Of a DNA stretch of 64,000 nucleotides, positions 9,957-19,840 are shown piece by piece. The translations under genes were made by a program, and so were the position numbers. The stretch comes from Thermoanaerobaculia bacterium (lineage in GTDB: Bacteria > Acidobacteriota > Thermoanaerobaculia > Multivoradales > Multivoraceae). The first letter of the stretch is position 1. Each line of letters starts with the position of its first letter. The DNA lies in the NCBI GenBank assembly GCA_963664405.1, contig OY761158.1, positions 6,144,001 to 6,208,000 of the forward strand, written 5' to 3'. Under the pieces are notes generated by a model. The model did no database searches, was not told where the DNA came from, and worked only from the letters and a program-made list of their open reading frames with translations.

Positions 9957-11552
9957 GTGATCAGAGCCGCAGCGTCTGTCCTACTCCTGATCTTCGCCCC
10001 CGGCCTCCTGGCCGCCCAGGTGCCGTACGAGCGCATCCGCGACACGGACAAGGCACCGGGGAGCTGGTTGACTTACTCCGGCAACTACGGCGCCCACCGA
10101 TTCTCGCCACTCGACCAGATCACACCAGACAACGTTGCCGATCTCGAGACCATCTGGGTCTACCAGGTGCAGGAGGCGGGACTGGTCGAGACGACGCCGC
10201 TGGTGGTCGACAACGTCATGTACATCACCGAGCCGCCGAGCACGGCCACCGCCCTCGACCTGCGCACCGGCCGGCGTCTATGGACCTGGCGGCGCCCGCT
10301 GCCCCAGGAGCTCCTGACCATCGGCTTTCCCCGGGTCAATCGCGGCGTCGCCATTCTCGACGATGCCGTCTTCATCGGTACCCTCGACGCTCATCTCTTC
10401 GCCCTCGACGCCAAGTCCGGCGCCGTCCGCTGGGAGACGATCGTGGCCGACAACGCCACCGGTCACTCGATCACCATGGCGCCGCTCGCCCTGGACGGCA
10501 AGGTGATCGTCGGCATCAGTGGCGGTGAGGCCGGAATCCGCGGCTTCATCGACGCCTACGACGCCGCCATCGGCGAACGACTTTGGCGGTTCTGGACGAT
10601 TCCCGGCCCCGGCGAACCGGGCAACAACACCTGGGGCGGCGACGCCAGTTGGAGGACCGGGGCCGGCGCCACCTGGCTCACCGGCTCCTACGACCCGGAC
10701 CTCGACCTGCTGTACTGGGGCACCGGCAATCCGGGACCCGACTGGAACGGCGACGCGCGCCCTGGGGACAACCTCTACACGAGCTCCGTCGTCGCGCTCG
10801 ACCCGGACACAGGCGAGCTTCGCTGGCACTTCCAGTTCACGCCGCACGACCTCCACGACTGGGACGCAAATCAGATCCCGGTGCTGGTCGACCTCGAGCT
10901 GTCAGGAGAGCCGCGCCGGGTCCTGGCCATGGCCAACCGCAACGCCTTCTACTATCTCCTCGACCGTTCGAGCGGTCGCTTCCTGCGCGCCACGCCATAC
11001 GCCAAGCAGACCTGGGCGGAGCGTATCGACGAGCTGGGTCGTCCGGTGGTATTGCCGAACACGGAGCCCACCGAAGAGGGCAGCCTGGTCTACCCAAGCC
11101 TGCAAGGCGCCACCAACTGGTTCAGCCCGGCCTACAGTCCGAGGACCCAACTGCTCTATGTGCCGACGCGCGAGATGGGAGCGGTCTACTTCAAGAGCGA
11201 CGTCGACTACGAGCCCGGCAAGCCGTTCATGGGAGGTGGCGAGCAGGCTCTGGACGGCGAGGACGCTTACGGCGCCATCCGGGCTCTCGACGCAAGGACG
11301 GGCGAGCGCAAGTGGGAGTTCCGTCTACGAACGCCTCCGTGGTCGGGTGTCGTGGCGACCGCCGGTGGGCTCGTCTTCGGTGCCTCCAACGAGGGCAATG
11401 TCTTCGCTCTGGACGCGGAAACCGGCGAGCCACTCTGGCGCTTCCAAACCGGCGGCGCCGCGCGCGCCAACCCGATCTCCTTCCTTATCGATGGCAAGCA
11501 GCGCGTCGCCACAGCTGCCGGCAACGCGCTCTTCGTCTTCGGCCTCGACTGA
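9957..11552 (+). CDS. PQQ-dependent dehydrogenase, methanol/ethanol family-like
   Basis: ETTPLVVD, VNRGVA, LYWGTGNP, PHDLHDWDA, Trp-docking repeats ALDA.TG...W; signal peptide. Confidence 0.9.
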   Translation: MIRAAASVLLLIFAPGLLAAQVPYERIRDTDKAPGSWLTYSGNYGAHRFSPLDQITPDNVADLETIWVYQVQEAGLVETTPLVVDNVMYITEPPSTATALDLRTGRRLWTWRRPLPQELLTIGFPRVNRGVAILDDAVFIGTLDAHLFALDAKSGAVRWETIVADNATGHSITMAPLALDGKVIVGISGGEAGIRGFIDAYDAAIGERLWRFWTIPGPGEPGNNTWGGDASWRTGAGATWLTGSYDPDLDLLYWGTGNPGPDWNGDARPGDNLYTSSVVALDPDTGELRWHFQFTPHDLHDWDANQIPVLVDLELSGEPRRVLAMANRNAFYYLLDRSSGRFLRATPYAKQTWAERIDELGRPVVLPNTEPTEEGSLVYPSLQGATNWFSPAYSPRTQLLYVPTREMGAVYFKSDVDYEPGKPFMGGGEQALDGEDAYGAIRALDARTGERKWEFRLRTPPWSGVVATAGGLVFGASNEGNVFALDAETGEPLWRFQTGGAARANPISFLIDGKQRVATAAGNALFVFGLD

Positions 11553-11561
11553 GGTCCCGGG

Positions 11562-12527
11562 TCATCCCTCGACGAAACACTCCTCGAGGCCCGCGCTCGT
11601 GAGCCAGTCGAGCACGGCGCTCCGCTCACTCTCATTCGACAGATTTTGGAGACGCTCCGTGATCAGGGTGGCCGAAAACGGCGGATACGGACGTGTCAAA
11701 TAGCTCACGTCCTCGTCGTAGATCACCGCATGAAACGCCTTGGCGCCTGCGGCCTGGGCCTCCCGATTCGCCAGTAGGTAAGGCCTGTAGGTGTCCCGCA
11801 TCTCGCCAAGCACGAAGCGCGCAAACTCGGTGGACTCGGGAAACGGAGCAAGCTCGCCGGATCCATCCCATTTCTCCGCTTCGCTCTCACACCATGCAAT
11901 CACGCCGGGATAACCCGCGGTGATCTTCTTCGGATCCGGGTCCATGTTGGTGTGCGCGCGCAGGCCTCCGAGCACGATGCAATCCACCGCCGTGGGTCGA
12001 TTGCCAAGGAGATAGGGCGTGTCCTCGAGCTGTGCCTCCGCCGCCTCCAGTATTCGCACATACTCCGCCTCGGCCTCTCGCTGCTGAATCTCCGATTCGG
12101 TTCCGGTGGCGCGACATGCGCGCGGACCCCAGGCGAGCACCCGGGCCGCCATCTCTTCGTTGCCTGCCATGCGACTCGACGCGAAGCGTGCACTTTCCTC
12201 GTAGTGCCAGCGATAGTGCACCATGGTGCGCGCGATCCACTCGTCGAAGTATTCCTCGACCACCTGCACCAGCACCCCGATCGGACCCGCTGGAAACAGC
12301 CGCCGCCGGGGGAAGCGTTCGTCCAGCATCGTCATCAGCGGCGTAGTATCGGCGATCATCCAGTTCTCTGGAGTGTGAAGCACCGGAACCTGATGCGTTC
12401 CTGAGCGCTGTTCGGCTTCAGGGGTCTTCCTCTTCATCTCGAAGTCGGCGCCGTAGAATCTCATCGCCGCTTCGAGCTTGCGCGTGAAGTAGCTGAGCTC
12501 GCCGCCGTAGATCGTGTAGTGGCCCAT
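11562..12527 (-). CDS. Glutathione S-transferase family protein
   Basis: ATG 12527 after GGAGG; SYFTRKL, QVPVL, DTTP, PYLLGNRPTAVD. Confidence 0.8.
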   Translation of the reverse strand: MGHYTIYGGELSYFTRKLEAAMRFYGADFEMKRKTPEAEQRSGTHQVPVLHTPENWMIADTTPLMTMLDERFPRRRLFPAGPIGVLVQVVEEYFDEWIARTMVHYRWHYEESARFASSRMAGNEEMAARVLAWGPRACRATGTESEIQQREAEAEYVRILEAAEAQLEDTPYLLGNRPTAVDCIVLGGLRAHTNMDPDPKKITAGYPGVIAWCESEAEKWDGSGELAPFPESTEFARFVLGEMRDTYRPYLLANREAQAAGAKAFHAVIYDEDVSYLTRPYPPFSATLITERLQNLSNESERSAVLDWLTSAGLEECFVEG

Positions 12528-12641
12528 ATCGTTTCCTCCCGTCGGAATCTTATACGTACAGCCCGCCTGCTTCATCGGTCGCGCCGAGTAGATGCTGCCG
12601 CTTGCCTCCTTGACAAGGAATGAGTCCTTGCTAGGGTAAGG

Positions 12642-12938
12642 ATGATGGCGAAAGTCACGAGCAAGCTTCAGGTCACGATTCCCAAGGCCATTGCGAGTGA
12701 GTTTGGAATCGAGCCGGGCGACGAGATCGAGTTCCAGGCCGCCGGCGAGGTGATTCGCATCATTCCGCCTCGCGGGCGCCGCCGTCTGCGTCTCAGCTTG
12801 GAGGAGCGCCTCCGGCTCTTCGATGAAGCGACGGCCCGTCAACGGGAGCGCGAGAAGACGATGAAGCTCCCCGCCGAGAAACCCCGCCGGCGCGATTGGA
12901 AACGCGAGGATCTCTACACTCGTGGCAAGTCTGGTTGA
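12642..12938 (+). CDS. AbrB/MazE/SpoVT family antitoxin
   Basis: AKVTSKLQVTIPKAIA..FGIEPGDEIEF; C-terminal WKREDLY. Confidence 0.9.
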   Translation: MMAKVTSKLQVTIPKAIASEFGIEPGDEIEFQAAGEVIRIIPPRGRRRLRLSLEERLRLFDEATARQREREKTMKLPAEKPRRRDWKREDLYTRGKSG

Positions 12939-13431
12939 TACCAACGTCATCGTTTACTGCTTTGATGCCCGGGACGCCGAGAAGCAGCGCATCGCTCGCG
13001 AGCTTCTCCGCCGCGGCATGATCGAAGGGGAACTGGTTCTCCCTCATCAGGCAATCATCGAATTCGTCGCTGCGGTGACGCGCCCCCGCAAGGACCTCGG
13101 CGGGGCCCCGCTGCTCGTTCGGGAGCACGCCTATCGGCAGGCTCGAGAGTTGATGAGTCAGTACCCGATTCTGTATCCGGGCCCAGAGGTCCTCGACACT
13201 GCCTTGTTGGGCGCCGCCACCTACGGCCTCTCGTGGTTCGATGCTCATCTTTGGGCGTACGCTGAGGTGAACGGTCTGTCCGAGCTCTTGTCCGAGGACT
13301 TCGAGCACGGCCGCTACTACGGCAGTGTCCGGGTCGTCGATCCTTTCCTTGCGGCCGCGGGAGAAGTTCACGAACTGCCGCCGATGTATGACTCAGACTC
13401 TCTGCCCCGGGGTGGGGCAACGAGCGAGTAG
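12922..13431 (+). CDS. vapC: PIN-domain toxin
   Basis: SLVDTNVIVY, LSWFDAHLWA, LLSEDF; overlaps the AbrB-type antitoxin. Confidence 0.9.
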   Translation: MASLVDTNVIVYCFDARDAEKQRIARELLRRGMIEGELVLPHQAIIEFVAAVTRPRKDLGGAPLLVREHAYRQARELMSQYPILYPGPEVLDTALLGAATYGLSWFDAHLWAYAEVNGLSELLSEDFEHGRYYGSVRVVDPFLAAAGEVHELPPMYDSDSLPRGGATSE

Positions 13432-13470
13432 GATGGCTCTCACCGCCGGCGACCGGACGAAGGAGCAGCG

Positions 13471-14205
13471 ATGAAGATCGAAGTCGAAGGGGCAACCTTG
13501 CATGTCGAAGTCTCGGGACCGGCCGAAGCTCCCGCGGTACTCCACTGGAACGGCGCTTGGTGCACGAGCCATATGTGGGATCCGGTCGTGCCACGGATCG
13601 AGGATCGACTGCGGACCGTGCGCTTCGACACTCGCGGCATCGGCCAGTCGACGCCGGCGGCGGATCCGGCGCAGTACTCGATGGAGCAGTACGTCGCCGA
13701 TGCTGACGCGATCCTCGACCATCTGGGCATCGAGCGCGCCTACGTCTGGTCCCATTCCTGGGGCTCGCGGGTCGCGCTCGCCTATGCCTTCCTACGCCCC
13801 GAGCGGGTGATTCGCCTCGCTCTTTTTGATGCGTCGATCGGCGCTGCCGACGTCGAGGCGCAGAGGCTCGGGCACAAGAAGGCGATGGAGAGACAGGCGG
13901 CTGCGGGCATAGAGCGTTTCCCTCGACCCGCCGGCTTGAATGACAACGACCACCCAGACGAGGTGCAACCGGCTTTGGCGGGCGTGGGTGGGTTCGATCT
14001 GGTGGCAGCCGCGAAGGGGTTGGAGGTCGAGACATTGGTCGCCACCGGCGACTGTGATCCCAACCTGCCCTCGAGTCGCGATCTGGTGGAGCTGGCTCCG
14101 CGCGCGCGACTCGTGGTGATGGAGAACGTAGGCCACGGCTCGGTTCTCCAGCGTCCCGATCTGACCACCGAGCTCTTCCTCGACTTCATCGAAGAGGCCC
14201 AGTAG
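13471..14205 (+). CDS. Alpha/beta hydrolase
   Basis: RFDTRGIGQS, SHSWG nucleophile elbow, ENVGH. Confidence 0.85.
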   Translation: MKIEVEGATLHVEVSGPAEAPAVLHWNGAWCTSHMWDPVVPRIEDRLRTVRFDTRGIGQSTPAADPAQYSMEQYVADADAILDHLGIERAYVWSHSWGSRVALAYAFLRPERVIRLALFDASIGAADVEAQRLGHKKAMERQAAAGIERFPRPAGLNDNDHPDEVQPALAGVGGFDLVAAAKGLEVETLVATGDCDPNLPSSRDLVELAPRARLVVMENVGHGSVLQRPDLTTELFLDFIEEAQ

Positions 14206-14241
14206 CGGCCCGATCGAGCCCTGCCTCTCGATCGGCCTCGC

Positions 14242-15477
14242 TCAGAGAGCGGTATCACCCCTGAACAGACGCTGAGCGATGGTGCGAGAGAGGATCTCGT
14301 TGGTGCCGTCGGCGACATTGACGATCCGCAGCGACTGCCAGGCCTCGGTCAGGCCCAGATCGTTGGTGAAGCCGAGGCCGCCGTGGGTCTGGATGGCGCG
14401 GTCCACCGCCCTCACTCCGACCTGAACCGAGTAGGCTTTGGTCATGCTCAGCTCCTTGACCGCCCTCTCGCCGCGGTCGAGAAGCTGGGAGGCATTGAGC
14501 CCCATCAGATGGGCGGCGTGGAGCTCGGTGGCGGATTCGGCGAGAGGAAAGGAGATGCCTTGATACTCGGAGATGGTGCTGCCGAAGGCGACCCGCTCCT
14601 GGGCGTAGCCGAGCGCCTTCTCCAGTGCCCAGCGGCCGTAGCCGACCGCCCGTGCCGAGTTGTAGACCCGGCCCAGTGAGACGCCGTAGAGCGCGGCCCG
14701 GAGTCCCTGGCCCTCCTCTCCCACGATCTGCCAGGGCTCGGCGCGCAAGCCGTCGAAGCCCAGCTCGACTTCGTCGCTGCCGAGATGGCCGAAGATGCGC
14801 AGCACGCGTTTGACCTCGAAGCCGGGCGAGTCGGTCGCCACCAGGAAGGCGGTGATGCCGCCGCGGCCGGCGTCGCGGGCCTGTGGGTCGGTGACCGCGA
14901 AGAGGATGCAGTAGTCGGCCAAGGCGCCGTTGCTTGTCCATATCTTGCCACCATTGATCCGCCAGCCGTCGCCGTCGCGCGTCGCCGTCGTCTGCATCCC
15001 GCTCACGTCCGAGCCGCCGCCGGGCTCGGTGAGCCCGAAGCACATCGATCGGGTGCCGTCCATCAGACCCGGGAGCACTCTTTCCCGCGCTTCGTCTGTC
15101 ACCTTCTCGAGCAATCGACTGGGCCCGAAGGCCCAGTGGGCAAGGGCGTAGAGCATCAGCCAGTGCTTGGGCCCGAAGCGGCGGAAGAGTCGTTGCCAGG
15201 CTGCGTAGTAGGCCAGGTGACCCAGGCCGCCGCCGCCGAGCGCCTCGGGCACACACATCGAGTAGAAGCCCTCCGCCGCCGAAGCGATCCTGACCTCGCG
15301 GATGAGCTCGACGACCTCGTCGCTGAGGCGGCCGTCTTCGCGGTGCAGCCTTCGCGGGTCTTCGAAGAGCGTGGAGTGGTCCTGGTGGCGGGGCCGAATC
15401 TCGCGCTCGGCGAAATCGGCGATGCCTGCGCATGCGGTTTCGATCTCCTCGGGAAGCTCGAAGGCGATGGCGCTCAT
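14242..15477 (-). CDS. Acyl-CoA dehydrogenase
   Basis: FGLTEPGGGSD, INGGKIWTSN, RVAFG, AIQTHGGLG, DGTNEI. Confidence 0.92.
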   Translation of the reverse strand: MSAIAFELPEEIETACAGIADFAEREIRPRHQDHSTLFEDPRRLHREDGRLSDEVVELIREVRIASAAEGFYSMCVPEALGGGGLGHLAYYAAWQRLFRRFGPKHWLMLYALAHWAFGPSRLLEKVTDEARERVLPGLMDGTRSMCFGLTEPGGGSDVSGMQTTATRDGDGWRINGGKIWTSNGALADYCILFAVTDPQARDAGRGGITAFLVATDSPGFEVKRVLRIFGHLGSDEVELGFDGLRAEPWQIVGEEGQGLRAALYGVSLGRVYNSARAVGYGRWALEKALGYAQERVAFGSTISEYQGISFPLAESATELHAAHLMGLNASQLLDRGERAVKELSMTKAYSVQVGVRAVDRAIQTHGGLGFTNDLGLTEAWQSLRIVNVADGTNEILSRTIAQRLFRGDTAL

Positions 15478-15568
15478 GGGGCAATGATAGTGCGTGGCGC
15501 GGTCGAGCGTGACCCGGTCGAAGGTAGACTACGCGCCGTTCGCGGAAGAAAACCGGAAGGACGAGCTT

Positions 15569-16579
15569 ATGAGCTATCGAATCCTCTGGCCCTTCATACG
15601 CTGGGCAGACGCGAGGGAAATCGAGATCGAGTCGGTCGGACCTGAGGGCACTGCGGAGTTCGAGCAGTCCTTTGAAGACGTAAGCGACGACCAGTGGGCG
15701 GGCTGCGACGCATTGGTTTGTGGCCCCGACGTGCCACCCGAATATCGTGCGAAGCTCTCGAAGTGCAAGATCTTGGTCACGCCGAAAGTCGGCTTCGACA
15801 ACATTGACCTGCGCGCCTGGGGGGAGCTCGGGATTCCGGTCTCGAACGTGCCGGACTATGGCACCCTAGAAGTGGCCGACCACGCCATCGCCCTCATGCT
15901 GACGCTGATGAAGGGCATCGCCTTCCACACCGATCGCCTGCGCCGGGACATCGCCTCCTCGTGGCAGCCCGCGCTCAACCCCTACGGCAGACGTCTCTCG
16001 GCCTGCTCCTTCGGCGTCGTCGGCTGCGGACGCATCGGCACCGCCGCCGTTCTACGCGCCAAGGCCTTCGGTATGCGATGCGTCTTCTACGACCCCTATC
16101 TGCCGAACGGAGCCGAGCTCGCGCTGGGAGTGGAGCGGGCGCACTCCCTCGCCGCCCTCTTCGCCTCGAGCGATGTGGTCAGCATTCACACGCCGCTCGA
16201 CGAAGACACGCGCGAGCTGATCGATGCCGAAGTGCTGTCGCACTCGAAGGAGGGTCTGATCCTCATCAACACGGCGAGGGGCGGAGTCATCGATCTCGAA
16301 GCGCTCTACGACGCGCTGAAGAGTGGTGGCGTGCAGGCAGCCGGCCTCGATGTCCTTCCTGTCGAGCCCGCGGACATCGGGCATCCTCTCATCCGCGCCT
16401 TTACCGCCGAGGAAGATTGGCTTCACCACCGTCTGCTCCTGACGCCTCACTCCGCATTCTGCACCCCCGAGTCGATGCGCGACATGCGCTTCAAGGGCGG
16501 CGAGGTGGCGATGACCTATCTACGCGAAGGGCGGTTGCAAAACGTCGTCAACCGGGCGTATCTGACGCCCGACTTCTGA
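15569..16579 (+). CDS. D-2-hydroxyacid dehydrogenase (CtBP-like)
   Basis: VGFDNID, NVPDYG..EVADH, GCGRIG, INTARG, GLDVLP.EP, LTPHSAF. Confidence 0.9.
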   Translation: MSYRILWPFIRWADAREIEIESVGPEGTAEFEQSFEDVSDDQWAGCDALVCGPDVPPEYRAKLSKCKILVTPKVGFDNIDLRAWGELGIPVSNVPDYGTLEVADHAIALMLTLMKGIAFHTDRLRRDIASSWQPALNPYGRRLSACSFGVVGCGRIGTAAVLRAKAFGMRCVFYDPYLPNGAELALGVERAHSLAALFASSDVVSIHTPLDEDTRELIDAEVLSHSKEGLILINTARGGVIDLEALYDALKSGGVQAAGLDVLPVEPADIGHPLIRAFTAEEDWLHHRLLLTPHSAFCTPESMRDMRFKGGEVAMTYLREGRLQNVVNRAYLTPDF

Positions 16580-19500
16580 CGCCGCTCGAGTTGCTCTCCT
16601 GCGCTTAGTAGCGGGACCTAGTTCTGCTAGGGTAGATCTAGATTCACTTGGACCCTGCTGACCCTCACCGCGATGGACGATTTTCTCGCTTCGCTGGGCT
16701 GGCTCGAGGCTGAGCCGACACTCCCGGGGGAGCCCGAAGACAGATGACGTTGCCGCAGCCTGGTCCTCATCGGCCCGACATCGACGGCTTGCGGGGAATC
16801 GCCGTTGCCGGTGTGGTCTTGTTTCATCTGGGCTTCACCAGCTTCGGGGGCGGCTTTGTCGGCGTCGACGTCTTTTTCGTCATCAGTGGGTTTCTCATTA
16901 CCCGCCTCATCCTCGATGACCTCGGTGCCGGCCGATTTTCGTTCGCGCACTTCTACGCCCGTCGTGCGCGACGAATCTTGCCCGCGTTGCTGACTACCGT
17001 GGTGCTGAGTCTGCTCGGTGGCCACCTGCTGTTCTCGCCCGCGCACTACGAGAGGCTGGCCCAGGTGGCCTCGTTCGCGACCCTGGCGGCCTCGAACTTC
17101 TACTTCTTCTCGGAGAGCGGGTACTTCGACATCGATTCCAGCGTCAAGCCCCTGCTTCACACCTGGTCGCTCGCAGTGGAGGAGCAGTTCTACGTCTTCT
17201 GGCCGCTCGCCCTCTACCTTTGTTTCAGGCTCGCGCGGCGCTGGATTCCCTTTCTCGTCTGCGCGGCCGGAGTTGTGAGCCTCACCTTCTCGCAATTCTT
17301 GCTTGAGGTCAGCCCCAGCGCCTCCTTTTACCTGGCTCCGTTCCGCGCCTTTGAGCTCTGCCTCGGTGCACTGATGATCTGGGCTCTGCGGGCGCCGCCT
17401 CCCTTCCGCTGGATTGATGAGCTCCTCTTTCTGCTCGGTCTCGGTCTGATGGTCGCGCCGATGGTGCTCTTCAGCGAGAACACCCTCTTTCCCGGTGTCC
17501 GCGCCCTGGTTCCCTGCGGGGGCGCGGCGATCTCGATCTACAGTGGCGGCCGGGCACGTCTGGCGCTTGTGCTGAAAAGCGCGCTCGTTGTCTGGATGGG
17601 GAAGATCTCTTACTCTTTGTACCTGGTGCACTGGCCGGTTATCGTGTTTTACGGTTACTGGAACTTCGGGCCGTTGGACCGGAGCCAGGCCGTCGTTGCG
17701 GCGGCTCTGTCGCTGGTGGCTGCGACGATCATGTTCCGATTCATCGAGACCCCCTTCCGCGAGCGAAGGGTCGAGGCCGTTCGCCTGGCACCTTCGACGG
17801 TGGGGTGCGTGTTCAGCTGTCTCGTCGCCTTGATCATGGTGGGCGCTTCGCTCGTCCGGGGCCAGAACGGGTTTCCCTCGCGTGTCAGGGAGTCGTTTCA
17901 GATCATCCCACGCGCCGGAGACGATTTGAGGCAGGTGCGGGAGCTGTGCAGGATGGTCCCCAACGGCGAGCGCCTGAGGCTGTGCAGGTTCGCCGCCGAG
18001 AGCGACGGGACCTACGACTATGTTCTCCTCGGCGATAGCCACGCGGAGCACTCCTTGTACGGCCTCGATCACGTGCTGCGAGAGAAGGGTCTTTCAGGGC
18101 TCTTCGTGGCGACCGGTGACGACAACGTTCCGCTCGTGGGAGGCGTATTGTTCTCCGGGGGTGTCGCCGGCCGCACCGACACCGACAAGGCTTTCGCCTA
18201 TCTCGACGGGATCGAGTTTCGGCATGTCATCCTGGCGGCGCGTTGGCACCTCTACGTGAACTCCAAGGCCCACGATCAGAGCAGCGCGAGGATCTACAAA
18301 TGGGGAGAGCATCAGGGGGATGACTTGTCCTCTTCGCACGCCGCTCTGGCGGCCGCTACGCAGCATACGGTCGAGCTCTTCCGAGATCGCGGCAAGCCCG
18401 TGTCTATCCTCGGACAGGTTCCACCCTTCGGACCGGATCCCAACCTATGCTTCAACCGCCCGGACTTTCTCAGTGATCTATCGGGGAAGCGGTGTGGCGG
18501 CATGCCGCAATCCAGGGTGGTCGAGATCGCGCGACTCTCCGACGAGCTCTTCGGAAGACTGTCGAAGGAAGTGGGGTTCGAGTTCATCAACCTCACCTGG
18601 GAGCTCTGCAAGGAGGAGTGCTCTTCGGTCATCGACGGTACCTTCATCTACCGCGACGACGATCATCTGAATCGCTTCGGTAGTGCTGTGATTGCGCGCC
18701 GCTTGTTCGAACCCAAGCCCGGGCGGCCGCAGCTCTGTCCTTCGTGTCTGCGCCGCGCGCCGGCCGATTGGAACTCCGCCTCTTCTTCGGCACCCTCGCC
18801 ACCGGCTCCTACCAAAGCGCGCACGGTCGTCGCCGAAGCACCACGACCGACGACGTCGAATCGATCTCGCACGGCTTCCGCAGCGGTGCCGTTGGTTTCG
18901 GGCGCCAAGCAGATCCTGAACTCGACTGGGGGTGGTGCGGGGGCGTTGCTCGACGGCCCTCTCGGCATTGCGGCCGACCCGTCTGGCAACGTCTTCGTCA
19001 CCGGTTTCGCCTCCGACAATGTCTTTCGCATTCAGTGAGCTTGCGGCCTGGCCCCGCCGTTGGCGACGAGCCGGCCGAAGGCGTGGATCTAGCGGCCGAC
19101 GTCTCTCGGCCTGCTCCTTCGGCGTCGTCGGCTGCGGACGCATCGGCACCGCCGCGGTCCTGCGCGCCAAGGCCTTCGGCATGCGTTGCACCTTCTACGA
19201 CCCCTATCTGCCGAACGGAGCCGAGCTCGCGCTGGGAGTGGAGCGGGCGCACTCCCTCGCCGCCCTCTTCGCCTCGAGCGATGTGGTCAGCATTCACACG
19301 CCGCTCGACGAAGACACGCGCGAGCTGATCGATGCCGAAGTGCTGTCGCACTCGAAGGAGGGGTTGATCCTCATCAACACGGCGAGGGGCGGAGTCATCG
19401 ATCTCGAAGCGCTCTACGACGCGCTGAAGAGTGGTGGCGTGCAAGCGGCCGGTTTGGACGTCCTTCCCACTGAGCCGGCGGATATCGATCATCCTCTGAT

Positions 19501-19684
19501 CCGTGCCTTCATCGCCGAGGAGGACTGGCTTCATCACCGACTACTTCTGACTCCTCACTCAGCCTTCTGCACCCCCGAGTCGATGCGCGATATGCGCTTC
19601 AAGGGCGGTGCGATTGCGGTGACCTACCTACGCGAGGGCAGGCTGCAGAACGTCGTCAACCGGGCTTATCTGCCGCTCGACTTC
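15990..19684 (+). repeat. ~590-bp imperfect direct repeat (15990-16576 and 19098-19684) of the dehydrogenase 3' half, flanking an acyltransferase gene
   Basis: Both copies begin GACGTCTCTCGGCCTGCTCCTTCGG, offset 3108 bp; central stretch identical, flanks diverged. Confidence 0.95.
16744..19038 (+). CDS. OafA/YrhL-type acyltransferase-3 with SGNH domain and unusual C-terminal tail
   Basis: RPDIDGLRGIAV, GGFVGVDVFFVISGFLIT, HTWSLAVEEQFY, ISYSLYLVHWP, LGDSHA, YRDDDHL. Confidence 0.9.
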   Translation: MTLPQPGPHRPDIDGLRGIAVAGVVLFHLGFTSFGGGFVGVDVFFVISGFLITRLILDDLGAGRFSFAHFYARRARRILPALLTTVVLSLLGGHLLFSPAHYERLAQVASFATLAASNFYFFSESGYFDIDSSVKPLLHTWSLAVEEQFYVFWPLALYLCFRLARRWIPFLVCAAGVVSLTFSQFLLEVSPSASFYLAPFRAFELCLGALMIWALRAPPPFRWIDELLFLLGLGLMVAPMVLFSENTLFPGVRALVPCGGAAISIYSGGRARLALVLKSALVVWMGKISYSLYLVHWPVIVFYGYWNFGPLDRSQAVVAAALSLVAATIMFRFIETPFRERRVEAVRLAPSTVGCVFSCLVALIMVGASLVRGQNGFPSRVRESFQIIPRAGDDLRQVRELCRMVPNGERLRLCRFAAESDGTYDYVLLGDSHAEHSLYGLDHVLREKGLSGLFVATGDDNVPLVGGVLFSGGVAGRTDTDKAFAYLDGIEFRHVILAARWHLYVNSKAHDQSSARIYKWGEHQGDDLSSSHAALAAATQHTVELFRDRGKPVSILGQVPPFGPDPNLCFNRPDFLSDLSGKRCGGMPQSRVVEIARLSDELFGRLSKEVGFEFINLTWELCKEECSSVIDGTFIYRDDDHLNRFGSAVIARRLFEPKPGRPQLCPSCLRRAPADWNSASSSAPSPPAPTKARTVVAEAPRPTTSNRSRTASAAVPLVSGAKQILNSTGGGAGALLDGPLGIAADPSGNVFVTGFASDNVFRIQ

Positions 19685-19696
19685 GACGCGAGCTGA
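19098..19696 (+). pseudogene. 5'-truncated copy of the D-2-hydroxyacid dehydrogenase
   Basis: Homology begins abruptly at RLSACSFGVVGCGRIG; the N-terminal ~140 aa are absent. Confidence 0.9.
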
Positions 19697-19840
19697 TCAC
19701 CAGTGGCGGGACCAAGCGTACTGCTATGGAACGCCTCCTGCCCGGATAGTATCGGTGCCTAGAAGCGCATTACCAACTATGGTGTCCTTTGTCGACACAT
19801 GGGACCGATCGATGTCCCGAGCTCTCTCGTTTCCAGGGAT

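Noticed and set aside
12528-12950. N-terminal extension of the 462-aa GST ORF
   Set aside because: Overlaps the AbrB antitoxin on the other strand; an RBS-supported ATG is at 12527.
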